Assembly: GCA_023213395.1 (NCBI GenBank)
Contig: CM041465.1
Span: 177,513,741-177,577,740 of the forward strand
Length of the DNA stretch: 64,000 nucleotides
Reading direction: 5' to 3'
From: Cycas panzhihuaensis
Taxonomy: Eukaryota > Plantae > Cycadophyta
Part shown: piece after piece, positions 51,990 through 64,000 of the stretch
How the letters are laid out: each line of letters starts with the position of its first letter
Position numbering within the stretch: the stretch's first letter is position 1
Translations under genes and position numbers: made by a program
The notes under the pieces: generated by a model
The model's input: the letters and a program-made list of their open reading frames with translations, nothing else
What the model was told of the DNA's origin: nothing
Databases searched by the model: none

Positions 51990-54900
51990 ACAAACTAAAA
52001 GTGTTTGTAGGAAGAAAGTAAATAACTTAAGAGAGAAAATAGCTAGAGTAATTGCTCAATTAAATAAGAACATACAAGAGCTATAATACAGAGTAGAAGA
52101 TCTTATAGAGGTGATGATGAGGTAATAAGAAACCCTCCTAAGAAATAAACAAGGTCTAAAAAGATATGATAATGATGTAGAAAGAAAACTAAAAACTAAA
52201 GTGAAGCTTGAAGTAGAGGGGCCATAAAAGCCACCATCCTATAAGGAGAAAATGTTGAAACCACTAGAAGGAAAGAATAATAGAATGTAGCTTAATGTCC
52301 TAAAATATGGAGGAAACATAAAGCCTAAAGTGTTGGTTAATTGGCTAAACAATGTGGAGAAATTATTTGAATAGAAAGAAATGGCAGAGAAAAAAAAGTA
52401 AAACTTGTATACACCAAGCTAAAATGTCATGCAATAATATGGTGGGATCACCTACAAAAAGAGAGGATGAGAAATGGAAAGGATAAGGTTTGAACTTGAT
52501 GTAAAATAATAAAGAAATCAAAGGAGAAATTCCTTCCAATAGACTACTCTCAAACCTTATTCAAAATATTTTAAAACTTAAGATAAAAATAGATGATTAT
52601 GCAAGATTCTAAAGATAAATTTTATAAACTATTTATCAGTGCAAAGCATAAAGAAATAGAAGCGTAGATGATTTCCAAGTATGCAAATGTCCTAAAACTT
52701 TCCATCCAAGATGAACTTAATATGCTTAGAATTAATAATGTTAAGGATTCTTACCAATTTATCTTAAAGGTAGAGGAGAAACAAAATAGAAACCATGCTT
52801 AAAAATCAAATATGGTAAGAAAGGGTCCATCAACCTTATTCAAAGGTAGGGGTGGCTTTAACTTCTTTTGTCAAGTATCATCCAATCAAATAAAGACACT
52901 GAGCATGACTACAGAGAGACAAGAGTAGAGGGATTTCTAAAACCAACTAAGAGGTAGAGGTTTCTGGGAAGCACAGAGAAGCAGAGGCTTTGGTAGAGGA
53001 GGTAATATCCCAAGGAGGCCCATTATCTATTTTAAATGTAATAAAGAAAGACATAAAATATATGAATTCCCTTATTATTATGATCAACCAAGAAACGAAT
53101 GAGAGCAACTAAGAGCAAACTTGGCTCAAGCTAGGGAATAACTTGCAGAAGTTATAGTAGCCATTAGAGATAATTCAATATGGAGGAGAACCTTAGTTAC
53201 TCCAAGACAAGATTAGGCATAAGGAAAAGCAAAAGCAAAAGAAGATGATGATTTGTGGTTGCACAATAATATCTTTTGAATGAGATGCACCTTTAGAGAC
53301 AAGATTTTTAAAGTTGTTATTAATAGTGAAAGATGTAAAAATATAGTTTCTAACAAGATGGTAGAAAAACTAGGATTATATTGTGAAAGGCACCCAACTC
53401 CCTATAGAATTTCTTAGGTGAAGAAAAAAACTGAGGTAGCAATGGATAAGAGATGTTTAGTGAAATTTACCATTGAGCATACATACCACAATAAGGTGTA
53501 TTGCAATGTCCTTCTAGTACAATAATATCTTTCGAATGAGATGCACCTCTAGAGGCAAGATTTATAAAGTTGTTATTAATAGTGGAAGATGTGAAAATAT
53601 AGTTTCTAGCAAGATGGTAGAAAAACTATGATTATATTATGAAAAGCACGACTCTCTACATGATTTCTTAGGTGAAGAAAAAAACTGAGATAGCAGTGGA
53701 TAAGCGATGTTTAGGGAAATTTACCATTGAACATACATACCATGATAAGGTGTAGTGCAATGACATATAAGTACCACATGAAGTAGCAGGCATACTAGAA
53801 GAGTATATAGATGTGATGACAGATGATTCAGATGGGTTGCTACCTATGAGGGACATCCAACAACATATTGGCCTAATTCTAAAGTATATTTTAATAAATT
53901 AAATATCCTATCACATAAGCCTAACTGGGAATTTAGAATTAAATAGACAAGTAGGTGAATTAATACAAAAAGGTATGGTGAAAGAGAGCATGAGTCCATA
54001 TATGACCTCTACACTTCTTGCCCCAAAGAAAGATGGCTCTTGAATGATGTATGTTAATTGTGAGAAAATCAATAAAATCATAACTAGGTACAAATTCTCA
54101 ATACCTCAAATCGATAAAATGTTAGATGTTTTGGTATGCATAAACTATTTCACCAAAATTAATCTTAAAAGTGGTTATTATTAGATTCAGATCCAAAAAA
54201 GGATTAAATGGAAGATGACCTTCAAAATGAGAGATGAGCTATATAAGTCACTAGTCATGTCATTCAAAATGTCAAATGCCTCAAGCATATTTATGGAGCT
54301 AATGAATACCTTTTTGTGACCATATATTGATAAGTTTATAGTTGTCTATTTTGATGATATTTAGATATTTAGTAAAACTAAGGAGGAATATTTTATACAC
54401 TTGAGGATGGTTTTAGATATATTAAAGAGTAGAGAAGTTATATATAAACTTGAAGAAATACAAGTTTATGAAGAGTAGTTTAGTATTTTCCTAGGATAGG
54501 CTATATACAAATTAGGAGAATATTAGAGTCATTGTTGAATGACCTATGCTTAAGAGTGTAACATGAGTGAGGAGCTTTCATGGCTTAAACATATTTTACA
54601 AGAAATTCATTAGAAATTTTAGTGGAATCATTAACAAATTATCCAAAGATAAAGGAGTTTATTTGGACTAAGATAATTGAACAAAGTTTCAAGTTAATAA
54701 AGTAAAAGGTAACAATGGCACCTGTATTGGCACTACCAGATTTTAGAAAAGTGTTTTTTAGGGTCAATCATAATGCATCACATATGGCCATTATAGCTAT
54801 ATTAAACCAAGAAAGGAGGCTAATATCATATTACAATGAGAAGCTAAATGAAATAAGAAAGAAGTATCCTACATATGACATAGAGTTCTATATTATTGTA

Positions 54901-56590
54901 CAAGAATTAAGGCATTAGAGATATTGTATCATGCCTAAAGAGTTTATCTCATTCATAGACCATCAAATATTAAGTTATATAAGCACATAAAAAAGTTGAA
55001 TACTAAATATATAAAGTGGATTTCATATTTGTAGGGCTTTACATTTATCCTAAAGCATAAATTAGGATAATAAAATTAAGTCCGTGATGCATTAAATAGA
55101 AAAATAACACTATTAACCACTACAATGAGTGAAGTGGTCAAATTTGATGCTTTGAAGAAATTATATAATACTAACCTGGAGTTTAGAAAAGTTGTATAAC
55201 ATTATAAAAATCCCTTACTTAATGGGAATGGGTCCTAGTATGATAACTATTTCATGCAAGATGGATACTTATTTAAAGAAAACTAATTATGCATTCTAGT
55301 TAGGTCCATGAGAGATAATATTGTGAGGGAATTGTATAGTGGAGGATTTAGAGGATACTTTGGTAGGATCAAGATCGTAACTTTGGTGGAGGAGAAGTAC
55401 TTTAGCCAAAATTGAAGTGGGATGCGGTAAAATGTGTGGCAAGGTGTAGGATTTGTTACTTGGCTAAAAGACATATACAAAACACTAGATTATATATTCT
55501 ATTATCAGTGCCAAAAGGACCATGGACAGATTTGATAATGGATTTTGTATTAGGATTGGCAAATACCCAACAAGGTAGTGACTCCACATTTGTTGTTGTG
55601 GATAGATTTTCAAAAATTACTCATTTTATTGCATGTATAAAAACTAATGACGCAACTAGAATAGTAGATTTATTCTTTAAGGAAGTTGCTAAGTTACATG
55701 GGGTACCAAATATTATTACTTCAAACAAAGATACTAAAATTTTCAATCATTTTTTAAGAACTTTATAAAAGAAATTAGGAACAAAACTATGATTCAGTCG
55801 TGATTACCATCTAAAAACTGATGGGCAAGTCGAGATGGTAAATAGAAGTTTGGTAAACCTATTAAGATGTATTATTGAAGAGAAACCCAAGTAATAGGAC
55901 TAGGCATTAGCACAAGTTGAATTTACCTATAATAACTCTATAAATAGATCAACATATAAGTTACCATTATAGATTATGTATAGTAGGAATCCTATGGGAG
56001 TATTACATTTGGTGTAATTACCAATTGATGAGAAAATAAGTTATGATGCAAATGTCTTTATAAAACACATGCAGCAAGTGCATAATAAGATAAGGAGAAA
56101 GTTATAAGACAGTAACAATATGTATAAAGTGGAAAAGCATCAACAAATCTGAATAAAAACAACAAGGTATTTGTAAAAGGGGATTTAGTGATGGTGTACT
56201 TAAGGAAGGATAGGTTTTCTTAAGGTACATATAATAAATTAAAATATAAGAAGATACGTCCATGAAGAATTATAAAGAAAATTAATAACAATACTTATAA
56301 GGTGAATCTACTTCATAGTCTTGATATTTCACTTATATTGAATGTTTCTAAGATGTATGGATTTAATGAAGAAGACGATGAAATAAAAAATGAGGAAAAT
56401 TGATCGAATTAGAGGCAACAAACACCAAGGAAGAAGATGAAAGGAATCGAGCAAGAACCAGAAAGAAAAACAATTTACACAAGGCAACGCACCTATGACA
56501 AGTATTTGGTCTAATGGAAAGGCATACGATTAGAAGACAGTACCTAGATTTTAGTAGGTGAATTAAAGAAATTTAGTTTGGACAAATGAC
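51990..56590 (+). pseudogene. CRM-like gag-pol remnant
   Basis: ORFs 54715..54918 (APVLALPDF..YPTYDIEFY) and 55412..55768 (integrase), plus decayed gag, PR and RT motifs. Confidence 0.88.
53263..53762. repeat. ~256-bp degenerate tandem duplication of the gypsy protease region
   Basis: acaataatatctt..gaatgagatgcacct recurs at 53263 and 53519, and the copies align through ..gtgta.tgcaatg. Confidence 0.9.
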
Positions 56591-57311
56591 CAGAAACTCT
56601 AACACAATAACTCATAAAAGATGAGTTCATTTCAAACTAAAGAGATTGATGTAAGAGCATCTAAAAAATGTTAAATATCCTAGAAATAGCATAACCTTTT
56701 ACCCTATAAACAAAAGTATGGACTATCATATATCAAAATAACTGTCTTAGAGAGTTAATCATTCTTTAAAAAAAATCTAGTACTTTGTTTGCCATCGTAA
56801 ATTGTGTTTAGGCCTAAAATACATCATTTGGGTGCCTAAATTTGTAAGTTAAACTTTTTCTTTAATTTTATAAAAAAATATAGGTATTACTTTCCTTAAT
56901 TAGGTGATTAATTTTCTAGTAGTTATATTTTTATAGGGTCCATCACATATTTAACTATCCATGAGTCAATTTTTATGCAAATTCAAAAACTTTTAAAATT
57001 TTATTAAAAATAGTAATAGTTTAGAATTTACTAAAAATGGAAAGTATTTTATTTAAGGGGTCTTTGCTCTAAATCAGTTTTCTAATCTTAGGGGATCATA
57101 GATAAAATTTTTACATGGCCAAAGGTCTCAAACTTTTATACTTTTAGTTTTATAAAAATTTATTTTTTTAGTTTCAATAGTTTTGGAATTAAAAGATAAA
57201 AATTTTCAAGAAAGGTATTTTACTAAGGTTTTGGTTTATTATTTCCACTCAGAAATTCTTTATTTCTTTGAATAAATATATTGTTGAAGGAATAACCACC
57301 CTATTAGAATT

Positions 57312-60300
57312 TTAGCAAGTTGATCCTTAGTTAAACAATAGACTAATACAACTACTTTACAATATACCAACTCTAGAAAAAACTGATGATGAACTTCTAC
57401 ATAGTTTATCTAAACGTGAAAGACTGGATTCTTTAAAAGCTAGATTGCACCCTAATTGTTATAAAATAGTGGAGTAAGATCATCCTATAGAATTCTAAAG
57501 TGACCAAATAGCCTATTTATCCAAATTTCTTAACAAGTAACTGCAAGTTCTTCTTTATACTCTACTTTAGTGGAAGACAAGAGATTGTAGCTTGTGTTTT
57601 ACTATACCAAGAGATCATACTAGAACTAAATGCAAATGTATATCTTGAGGTAAATTTCTTATTATCAACATCTCTTACCCAATCTAAGTTTATAGAACTA
57701 TGCAATATAAACTCATTAACTCTAAAGAATAAAAACCCAAATCTAATAATGCCTTTAACATATCATGATACGTGCTTTATTACCTTCCAATTAGTGATGG
57801 ATACAACACTCATAAATCGGACTACAACAATAATAGCATAACTAATGTTAAACCTAGTGTTGGTAAGGTATATGAGACTACCCACTAATTGCTTATACAA
57901 AGTACCATCAATTATCCTATTATTAGCTACCTTAGTTAATTTAATACCTATTTACATATGGGTGGTCATTGGTTTTAAATCCTCCATATAGAAACATCTT
58001 AATAGACTATATGTATATTTAGACTGAGATGCAAAAATATTATTATATTTCTGCAAAAACTCTATACCAAGATAGTAATGTATAAGTCCAAGATCAAACA
58101 TCTAAAAAGCTTCATAAAATTGCTTTTTAAGATAGTTGATTTGTAAAGGGTTTATTCTCGATATTGTAAGGTCATCAACATAGAGAAGTTCTATGAGTAT
58201 CTTGCCATCCTCATATTTTATATATAAACTATGATCTAATTCACATCTAGTGAACTTAGAAGAAATGAAGTAATTATTAATGTGTGAACACCATGCTCTT
58301 GGTACTTGTTTGAGCCTATATAAGGTTTTCTTCAACATGCATATAAGATGCTTCTTATCAACCTATATAAAACCTTCAGACTATTGCATATAAACCTCCT
58401 CATAAAAAATACCATAGAAGAAAGTAATCTTGACATCTATTTGATGAAGTTCCCAACCAAAATGTGATGCAAGATTTGCTAGCATGTAAATGGTAGTCAT
58501 TTTAACTATAGGTGAAATTTTTTCTTTAAAACTTACACCTTCAATGTGTACATATCCCTTGGCTACAATTTGAGTCTTATATTTATCAATAGCACCAATA
58601 GCTCGATATTATACTTTGTATACCCATCTACAACCAATAACTTTCTTTCCTAACAAAAACTCAACAAGATCTCATGTGTCATTTTCAAGAATAAAATCAT
58701 ACCCCTCTTACATAATCTGACTACCAGTGAGATATATCCTTAGCTTCACTAAATGACTAGTGTTCATCAATATTTAAGACATTTAACTTGAAGGCATAGT
58801 TAACATTGCTTCTTATTTAAACATTTACATCAATGTTAATTTCTTCAACCTTAAAATCTTTAATAGTTTGTGTATACCATTTGGGTAACTTCTTAAGAGA
58901 AGAGGAGGAAGATGGAACATCTTTAGTAATTTTCACACTCTTTTCACTCCTCTCACCAATTTCATTATTTATTTCTTTGCCATTATTTATAATGAGAACA
59001 ATTTTTTTATCAAACAAAACATCCTTACTTATAAGCTTAAAGACCTATAAGCTTTGGACAACTCATTATACCTTACAAGAATGCACTTATAACTATTACT
59101 ATCAAGTTTTTGTCTCTTTACATTAGGCACATATACAAAATCAGTGCATTCAAACATTCCAAGATTAGAAACTAAGGGTTTTTTGTTCATCCAAGCTTCT
59201 TCAAGAGTCGTGCTTTTAACAATTTTTGTTGAACTTTTATTCAACAAATCTATAGTTATATTCATAACTTTACCCCAAAAACCATTCAAGACATTTTCGG
59301 CCTTAAGCATGCATATAACCATCTTAGCAATGGTATAATTCTTTCTTTTGAATATGCTATTCTATTGTGGTGTATAGAATGTCGGTAGTTATCGTTGAAT
59401 GTCATAATTCTTATAGAAAGTAGTGAATTCAATTGAGAGGTACTTACCTCCATTATCACTTCTTAGAGTTTTGATCTTCTTCATAGAGAAATATTTTCCT
59501 TTAACATGTAATAGGTGAGAAACTCGTTGAATTTTATAAATGCTTTAGACTTTTTTTTCATAAGGTAGACCCAAGTCCTACTTGTGAAATCATCAATGAA
59601 GGTCATAGAGTACTTTAAGCCTTCAAGTAACACTAGTATTATTGCTCCATATAAATCAGATTAAACCACTCCAATTTGTCCTTAGCCTACCATTTAGACT
59701 TCACAAAATTCTCCTTGTGTTGCTTCTTTAGTGCATATGTGCTACAGGTCTTATCACACTTCTCAACTAAAGGAAGACCATATACCATTTCTAGCTTATT
59801 TAGCAATTGAAGACTTTAATAATTCAAATGACCAAATTGATCATGCCATAAAGTATTAAATCAACTTGCAACAAAACTATGCTTAAGTATATTAAAGAAT
59901 TTATACAAATCATTTTTTTCAACTCTTGGAGCAATTACAAAATCACCATCTTTTGTTCCACACTTGATAACACCAAACTCAACTTTGAAATTTAGTTTAG
60001 CCAACTAGCTTATAGAAAGTAAACTATGCTTAAATGGTGATACATAAAGCACATTAGAGATTTTTATCTTGTGATAAAGTTGAGTAAGAATGATTGTACC
60101 TTGTGTGACTACTTGATGTCAATTATTATCACCAAGAACAATGGTTCAATTATGACCACTTATGAGTTTGCTAAATCAATCTTTATGAAAAGTACTATGA
60201 TTTAAGGCACTAGAATCAATGTACCAAGTACCATTCATGTTATATATAGCATTGAATATAAATATTTCTCATCATCAGGAGATAAAGTAGTGGTTTTACT

Positions 60301-61136
60301 AGATTTTTTCTTACTTGGTTTCTTTTTTCAATAGTTCTTCTCACAGTGATCTTTGTAATAAGTATACGTGACATTCCTTTTATATTTGCTCTTGAATTCA
60401 GTCATGTTGTGAGAAGATAGTAGAGTTTATTTAATAGAATTCACTTAAATCTCTTTTTTATATTATTATTGAGATACTAATTCCATGCTTCTATTACTAC
60501 CAATATAACCTCCTATGCAATTTTCCTCATGCAAGATAAGTCCAACTAACTCTTCAAATGTAAGTGGTTATGCTCTTTTAATCAAACATAAGTTGATTAC
60601 AAAAATATGATAGTCTTCATGCAATCTATTTAAGTGTGATTCTCACAAGCTCTCTATCATTTATTTTCTCACCTATTACAATTAATTAATCCCTTATTTC
60701 TTTTAATTTCTATAAACGATAAGAGATATAGTCATTTTATATGAATAAAGCAAATTTCTCAAGTATAACACTCTATTCCCATTTTTCGTCTTACATAGGT
60801 CCTATAAACTCTATCATGCATCTTTTGATGTAGTCTTATCTTGTAGATGTATGATCAGGTCGTCAACAATAAAGAGCCCAATAATTTCTAATGCCTTTTG
60901 ATCATGATCCTCCTAGTCTTTAATATCTTTATCTATCACAGTTAAGGTGGATAGAATATATCTGATTATGACTTGAGTGGCAATTATAACTAATTTTGGT
61001 TCATTTCCTTCAACAATCTTCATTAGCTTCTTAAGCACTAAAATATTAGAAATTTTAAATTTAGATATTATATAATTCTTTCCAATTGTTTGTATGGATC
61101 TGATAGAATATAACCGTCAATGTTAACACCTGCCAT
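57312..61136 (-). pseudogene. copia gag-pol remnant of the 45428-62385 element
   Basis: ORF 58102..58338 (LKKTLYRLKQVPRAW..LYVDDL), ORF 59029..59322 (integrase C-terminal part), PR WYIDSSALNHS near 60220. Confidence 0.88.
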
Positions 61137-62385
61137 TTTAAGAATTAAAGCATGTGACCAAGACTGCAAATGTGAGTGTATTAAGGAACTTAGTGGCCAT
61201 AAGGACTTGTTATAAATTTTAACCATTAGAATGAAAATATGGAAAAAACTAAGACATTAGAAATAAGAACTATAGAAAATAATCACCAGATAGTTGAGAA
61301 AAATAGTTTATCCCCTTTATAAAGTCTTTAGCCTCTCAAAGCATATGACCAATGACTTAAATCATAAGGTGTGAATATATAATAGATTAAAATACACTTT
61401 AATTTCTCTAAATATTAGAGAAATAAAAGATTTACAAATATTAATAAACCTATTATGAGCGTCATTGATTTTTAGTAGTCACCACTACCCAACCATCATT
61501 GATCTTGATTATGGGCCTCACATAATTAATTTTGCGATAGTTTCTTCATATGATCATTAATTCATATTAGTATTCACCCAACCTAATCACCCACAATGGA
61601 TTTTGATGAAGAAATGTGGAGTTTCTTGTTGGTCAAAGCTTAGAATAAGAGTTATGAGGGTTTTGAAAGTTGTCCCCTTTCTCTAGTTTATTGGGATAAT
61701 TTTACACTAAATTTTCTCATTTTAAAGGCTAAAATCAATGCCAAATGAGTCTTAGATCTCTTAGAAACAAGCCCACATGAAGAAATCTTGTAAAAATGAG
61801 AGATCTAAAGTGCCTAATGTGGAAAAATATATCCCTGCAACAGAACCAATGCCTTTTTCACTACAAAAACTTTTGTGGATTTGCTAAAGGCTATGAAAAA
61901 CATAAATGAAAGTGTCCACAATTAAAAGAACAAGCTTACAGATAAAGAACATGATTAGACTCAAAAGTTTCTCATAAAATTGACCATGGGATATGATCTT
62001 GTATTAGAAATCTGAGTGGAAACAACAAGAATATAAAAGTAAAATAAGGATACATCACACAATGATATACAAGAATAAAATAATCTTGTATTAGATCACA
62101 ATGTATGTAATAAGCTCTCATCAATCTACTCTCCTCGTATGATGAATGAGAGTAAGATCAATTCTCACAAATAATAAAAGTACAACAGAAAAGATTAAAG
62201 TACGGATAATGAAAATAACAGATATAATTCATGCTTGCTTTTGCATGAAAGAGTATTAGTTATAGTATGTGCATGGTCTTAAATATGAGAGAAAAGAATA
62301 GAAATATAACTCACAAGAGGGCATGCTTAATGTGACTCATCAGTCAACTCAGAGTAAAGAATTAGTACAAATTAGATATTATTTT

Positions 62386-64000
62386 TGTGAGATAAAGGAT
62401 TGAATATGGAACTAATAATCATGTACTCAACAATGCATCAGGAAGACATGATGAAATACTAGGTAGAAATAGTCTACCAATAACTATAATTTTATTCATT
62501 AAGAATGACTTCCAAAAACCATTCATACTCTACATCACATATGCTATACTTTAATATATATTTAAGTTCAGTAATAGTCCATGAAATATTTCGTAACTGC
62601 CTAACATTTGTCATCACTCTATTTAGGACTCTAATAACTCCCATGTCACATGTTATAAATCCATTTAAGACTTCAGTAACTCCTATGACTCACTTATCCA
62701 ATTTGTCCATATATAAACATTAATCTAGCACTCCCCCTTAATGCTCATATCATTGGTTTTAACACTAATACAAAATCTAAATTAGTATTGAAATCCTTAG
62801 ATAGAGATGTAGTGAAAATATCAATAATCTAGTCCTTTACCGGTTGGTATAGAAGCTCAACCTCTCTATTTTGGGTATATTCCCTAATAAAATGATGATG
62901 TATCTCAATGTGTTTGGTGTGTGCATGGAATATCATTTTTTTAGAAATTCTCAATGTACTTTGATTATAATAGTACAATGTAGTTGCATTCTCTTGATAT
63001 AGTTCCAAATCACCAAGCACTTATCTTAACCAGATAGCCTCTCAAGTAGTTGTAATAACTACTTTATATTATACCTCAGTCGATGATAAAATAATATTAA
63101 GATGTTTCTGACTACTCTGAGTGACAATAGCAAAACCTATACTAAAGCAATAACTAGAAGTGGACCTTCTAATATCTTCACAGCCAAACCAATCAGAATT
63201 TGAATATCCAATTGGCCTAAAATTATCATTTTGGATAAACTCTAACATGAATTGATGTGTCCCCTATAAATATCTTAGGATCCTCTTTGTAGCCTTTTAA
63301 TGGATTTGATCTAGTTCAACCATGAACTTTGATACCATATTGACTACAAAAGAGATATTTGACCTAGTAGTAGTCAAATAAATTAAACTATCAACTAGTT
63401 ATCTGAACATTATGCCATCAACTCGTTCATCATCATCATCATCTAGAGTTGTTAGCTTTAAACCCATTTCTATAGGTTGACAATCCTCTATTCTAAAATC
63501 TTTTAGAATTTCTATGCATATTTAGCCTGTGAAATAAAGATTTTTCTAGGCTTTTGCCATATTTATACTCCCAAAAAATAGTGAAGCAATCCAAGATCTA
63601 TCATTTGAAATGTCTCTTTGAGATCATTTTTTAGTCTTTCAACCTTTAAGGTGTTGTTCCTTGTGATCACCAGATCATCTATATATAATATCATAAATGA
63701 CTAAATTTCCTTAAACTTTAATTTATAGATTTAGATCTACAGATGATCTCTCAAATCCATTATTTAGGAAATATCAATCAGTCTTAGAATACTAGGCTCT
63801 TGGAGCCTCTTTAAGACCATTCAAGGCCTTCTTCAAGTGACATACCGAGTGCTCTTTGCCTTTGGAAACATATCCAAGTGGCTACTCCATATAAACCTCT
63901 TCTATAAAATCCCCATTAAGGAAGGTGCTATTGACATCAAGTTGGTGTAACTACCCTTTGAACTAAGCAACTATTGTTAGTATTAGTCTAATTATCACCA
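62386..64000 (-). mobile_element. copia 3' part: 3' LTR 62386-62730, PPT, RNase H and RT, running off the window
   Basis: PPT (rc) ctccccctt at 62731-62739. ORF 62829..63020 (FHAHTKHIEIHHHFIRE). RT QLDVNSTFLNGD near 63930. Inserted a few bp inside the end of the 62002-62385 LTR. Confidence 0.9.

Larger units (their letters stand above)
45911..57306 (+). mobile_element. decayed Ty3/gypsy chromovirus, CRM-like; 5' LTR 45911-51882 (split by a copia), 3' LTR 56647-57306; TSD gaatg/gaatt
   Basis: TGATG...CATCA LTR ends. PBS tggtatttgag at 51885. gag [45 protein letters not shown], chromodomain-like KYLV*WKG..LEDST near 56500. Confidence 0.9.
45428..62385 (-). mobile_element. old Ty1/copia element hosting nested gypsy and copia; LTRs 45428-45819 and 62002-62385
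   Basis: The LTRs align nearly without gaps. PPT (rc) cccactta at 45820-45827. The RNase H motif QLA(K)ILTK is split across 45910/57307. IN/RT lie at 57312-59700 and the gag ATG is at 61136. Confidence 0.88.

Noticed and set aside
1-64000. Host gene exons among the remaining short AT-rich ORFs (e.g. 7008..7274, 18898..19188, 26971..27243, 44564..44770)
   Set aside because: Low-complexity translations within LTRs or TE interiors with no domain motifs. A tiny exon, or location within a giant intron, cannot be excluded without transcript data.

Overview
The window is AT-rich, gene-free eukaryotic DNA from a large-genome land plant (gymnosperm-like, by inference). Almost all of it is nested retrotransposons. 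It holds about ten Ty1/copia elements or fragments and two Ty3/gypsy chromoviruses: a Reina-like element at 30208-37049 and a CRM-like element at 45911-57306. It also holds one young, GC-rich, 5'-truncated L1 LINE with an RNase H domain (20695-26234) and several non-autonomous LTR elements whose interiors I cannot identify. LTRs, PBSs, PPTs and TSDs can be read directly and give a nesting order, e.g. copia > CRM gypsy > younger copia at 45428-62385. Older elements are heavily eroded by C>T/G>A transitions. I see no host exon, RNA gene, CRISPR array or prokaryotic system. The most notable observations are: (1) a stem-loop, conserved in structure but not sequence, that encloses the PPT/3'-LTR junction in nine different LTR elements; (2) a ~525-bp inverted copy of a local, already-dead copia segment, inserted 5 kb away with a 16-bp duplication; (3) a copia flanked by a 34-bp instead of 5-bp duplication; (4) an LTR flanked by both a PPT and a PBS; (5) a gypsy whose two LTRs differ mainly at U5. 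Lineage names are inferred from motifs, not from database searches.
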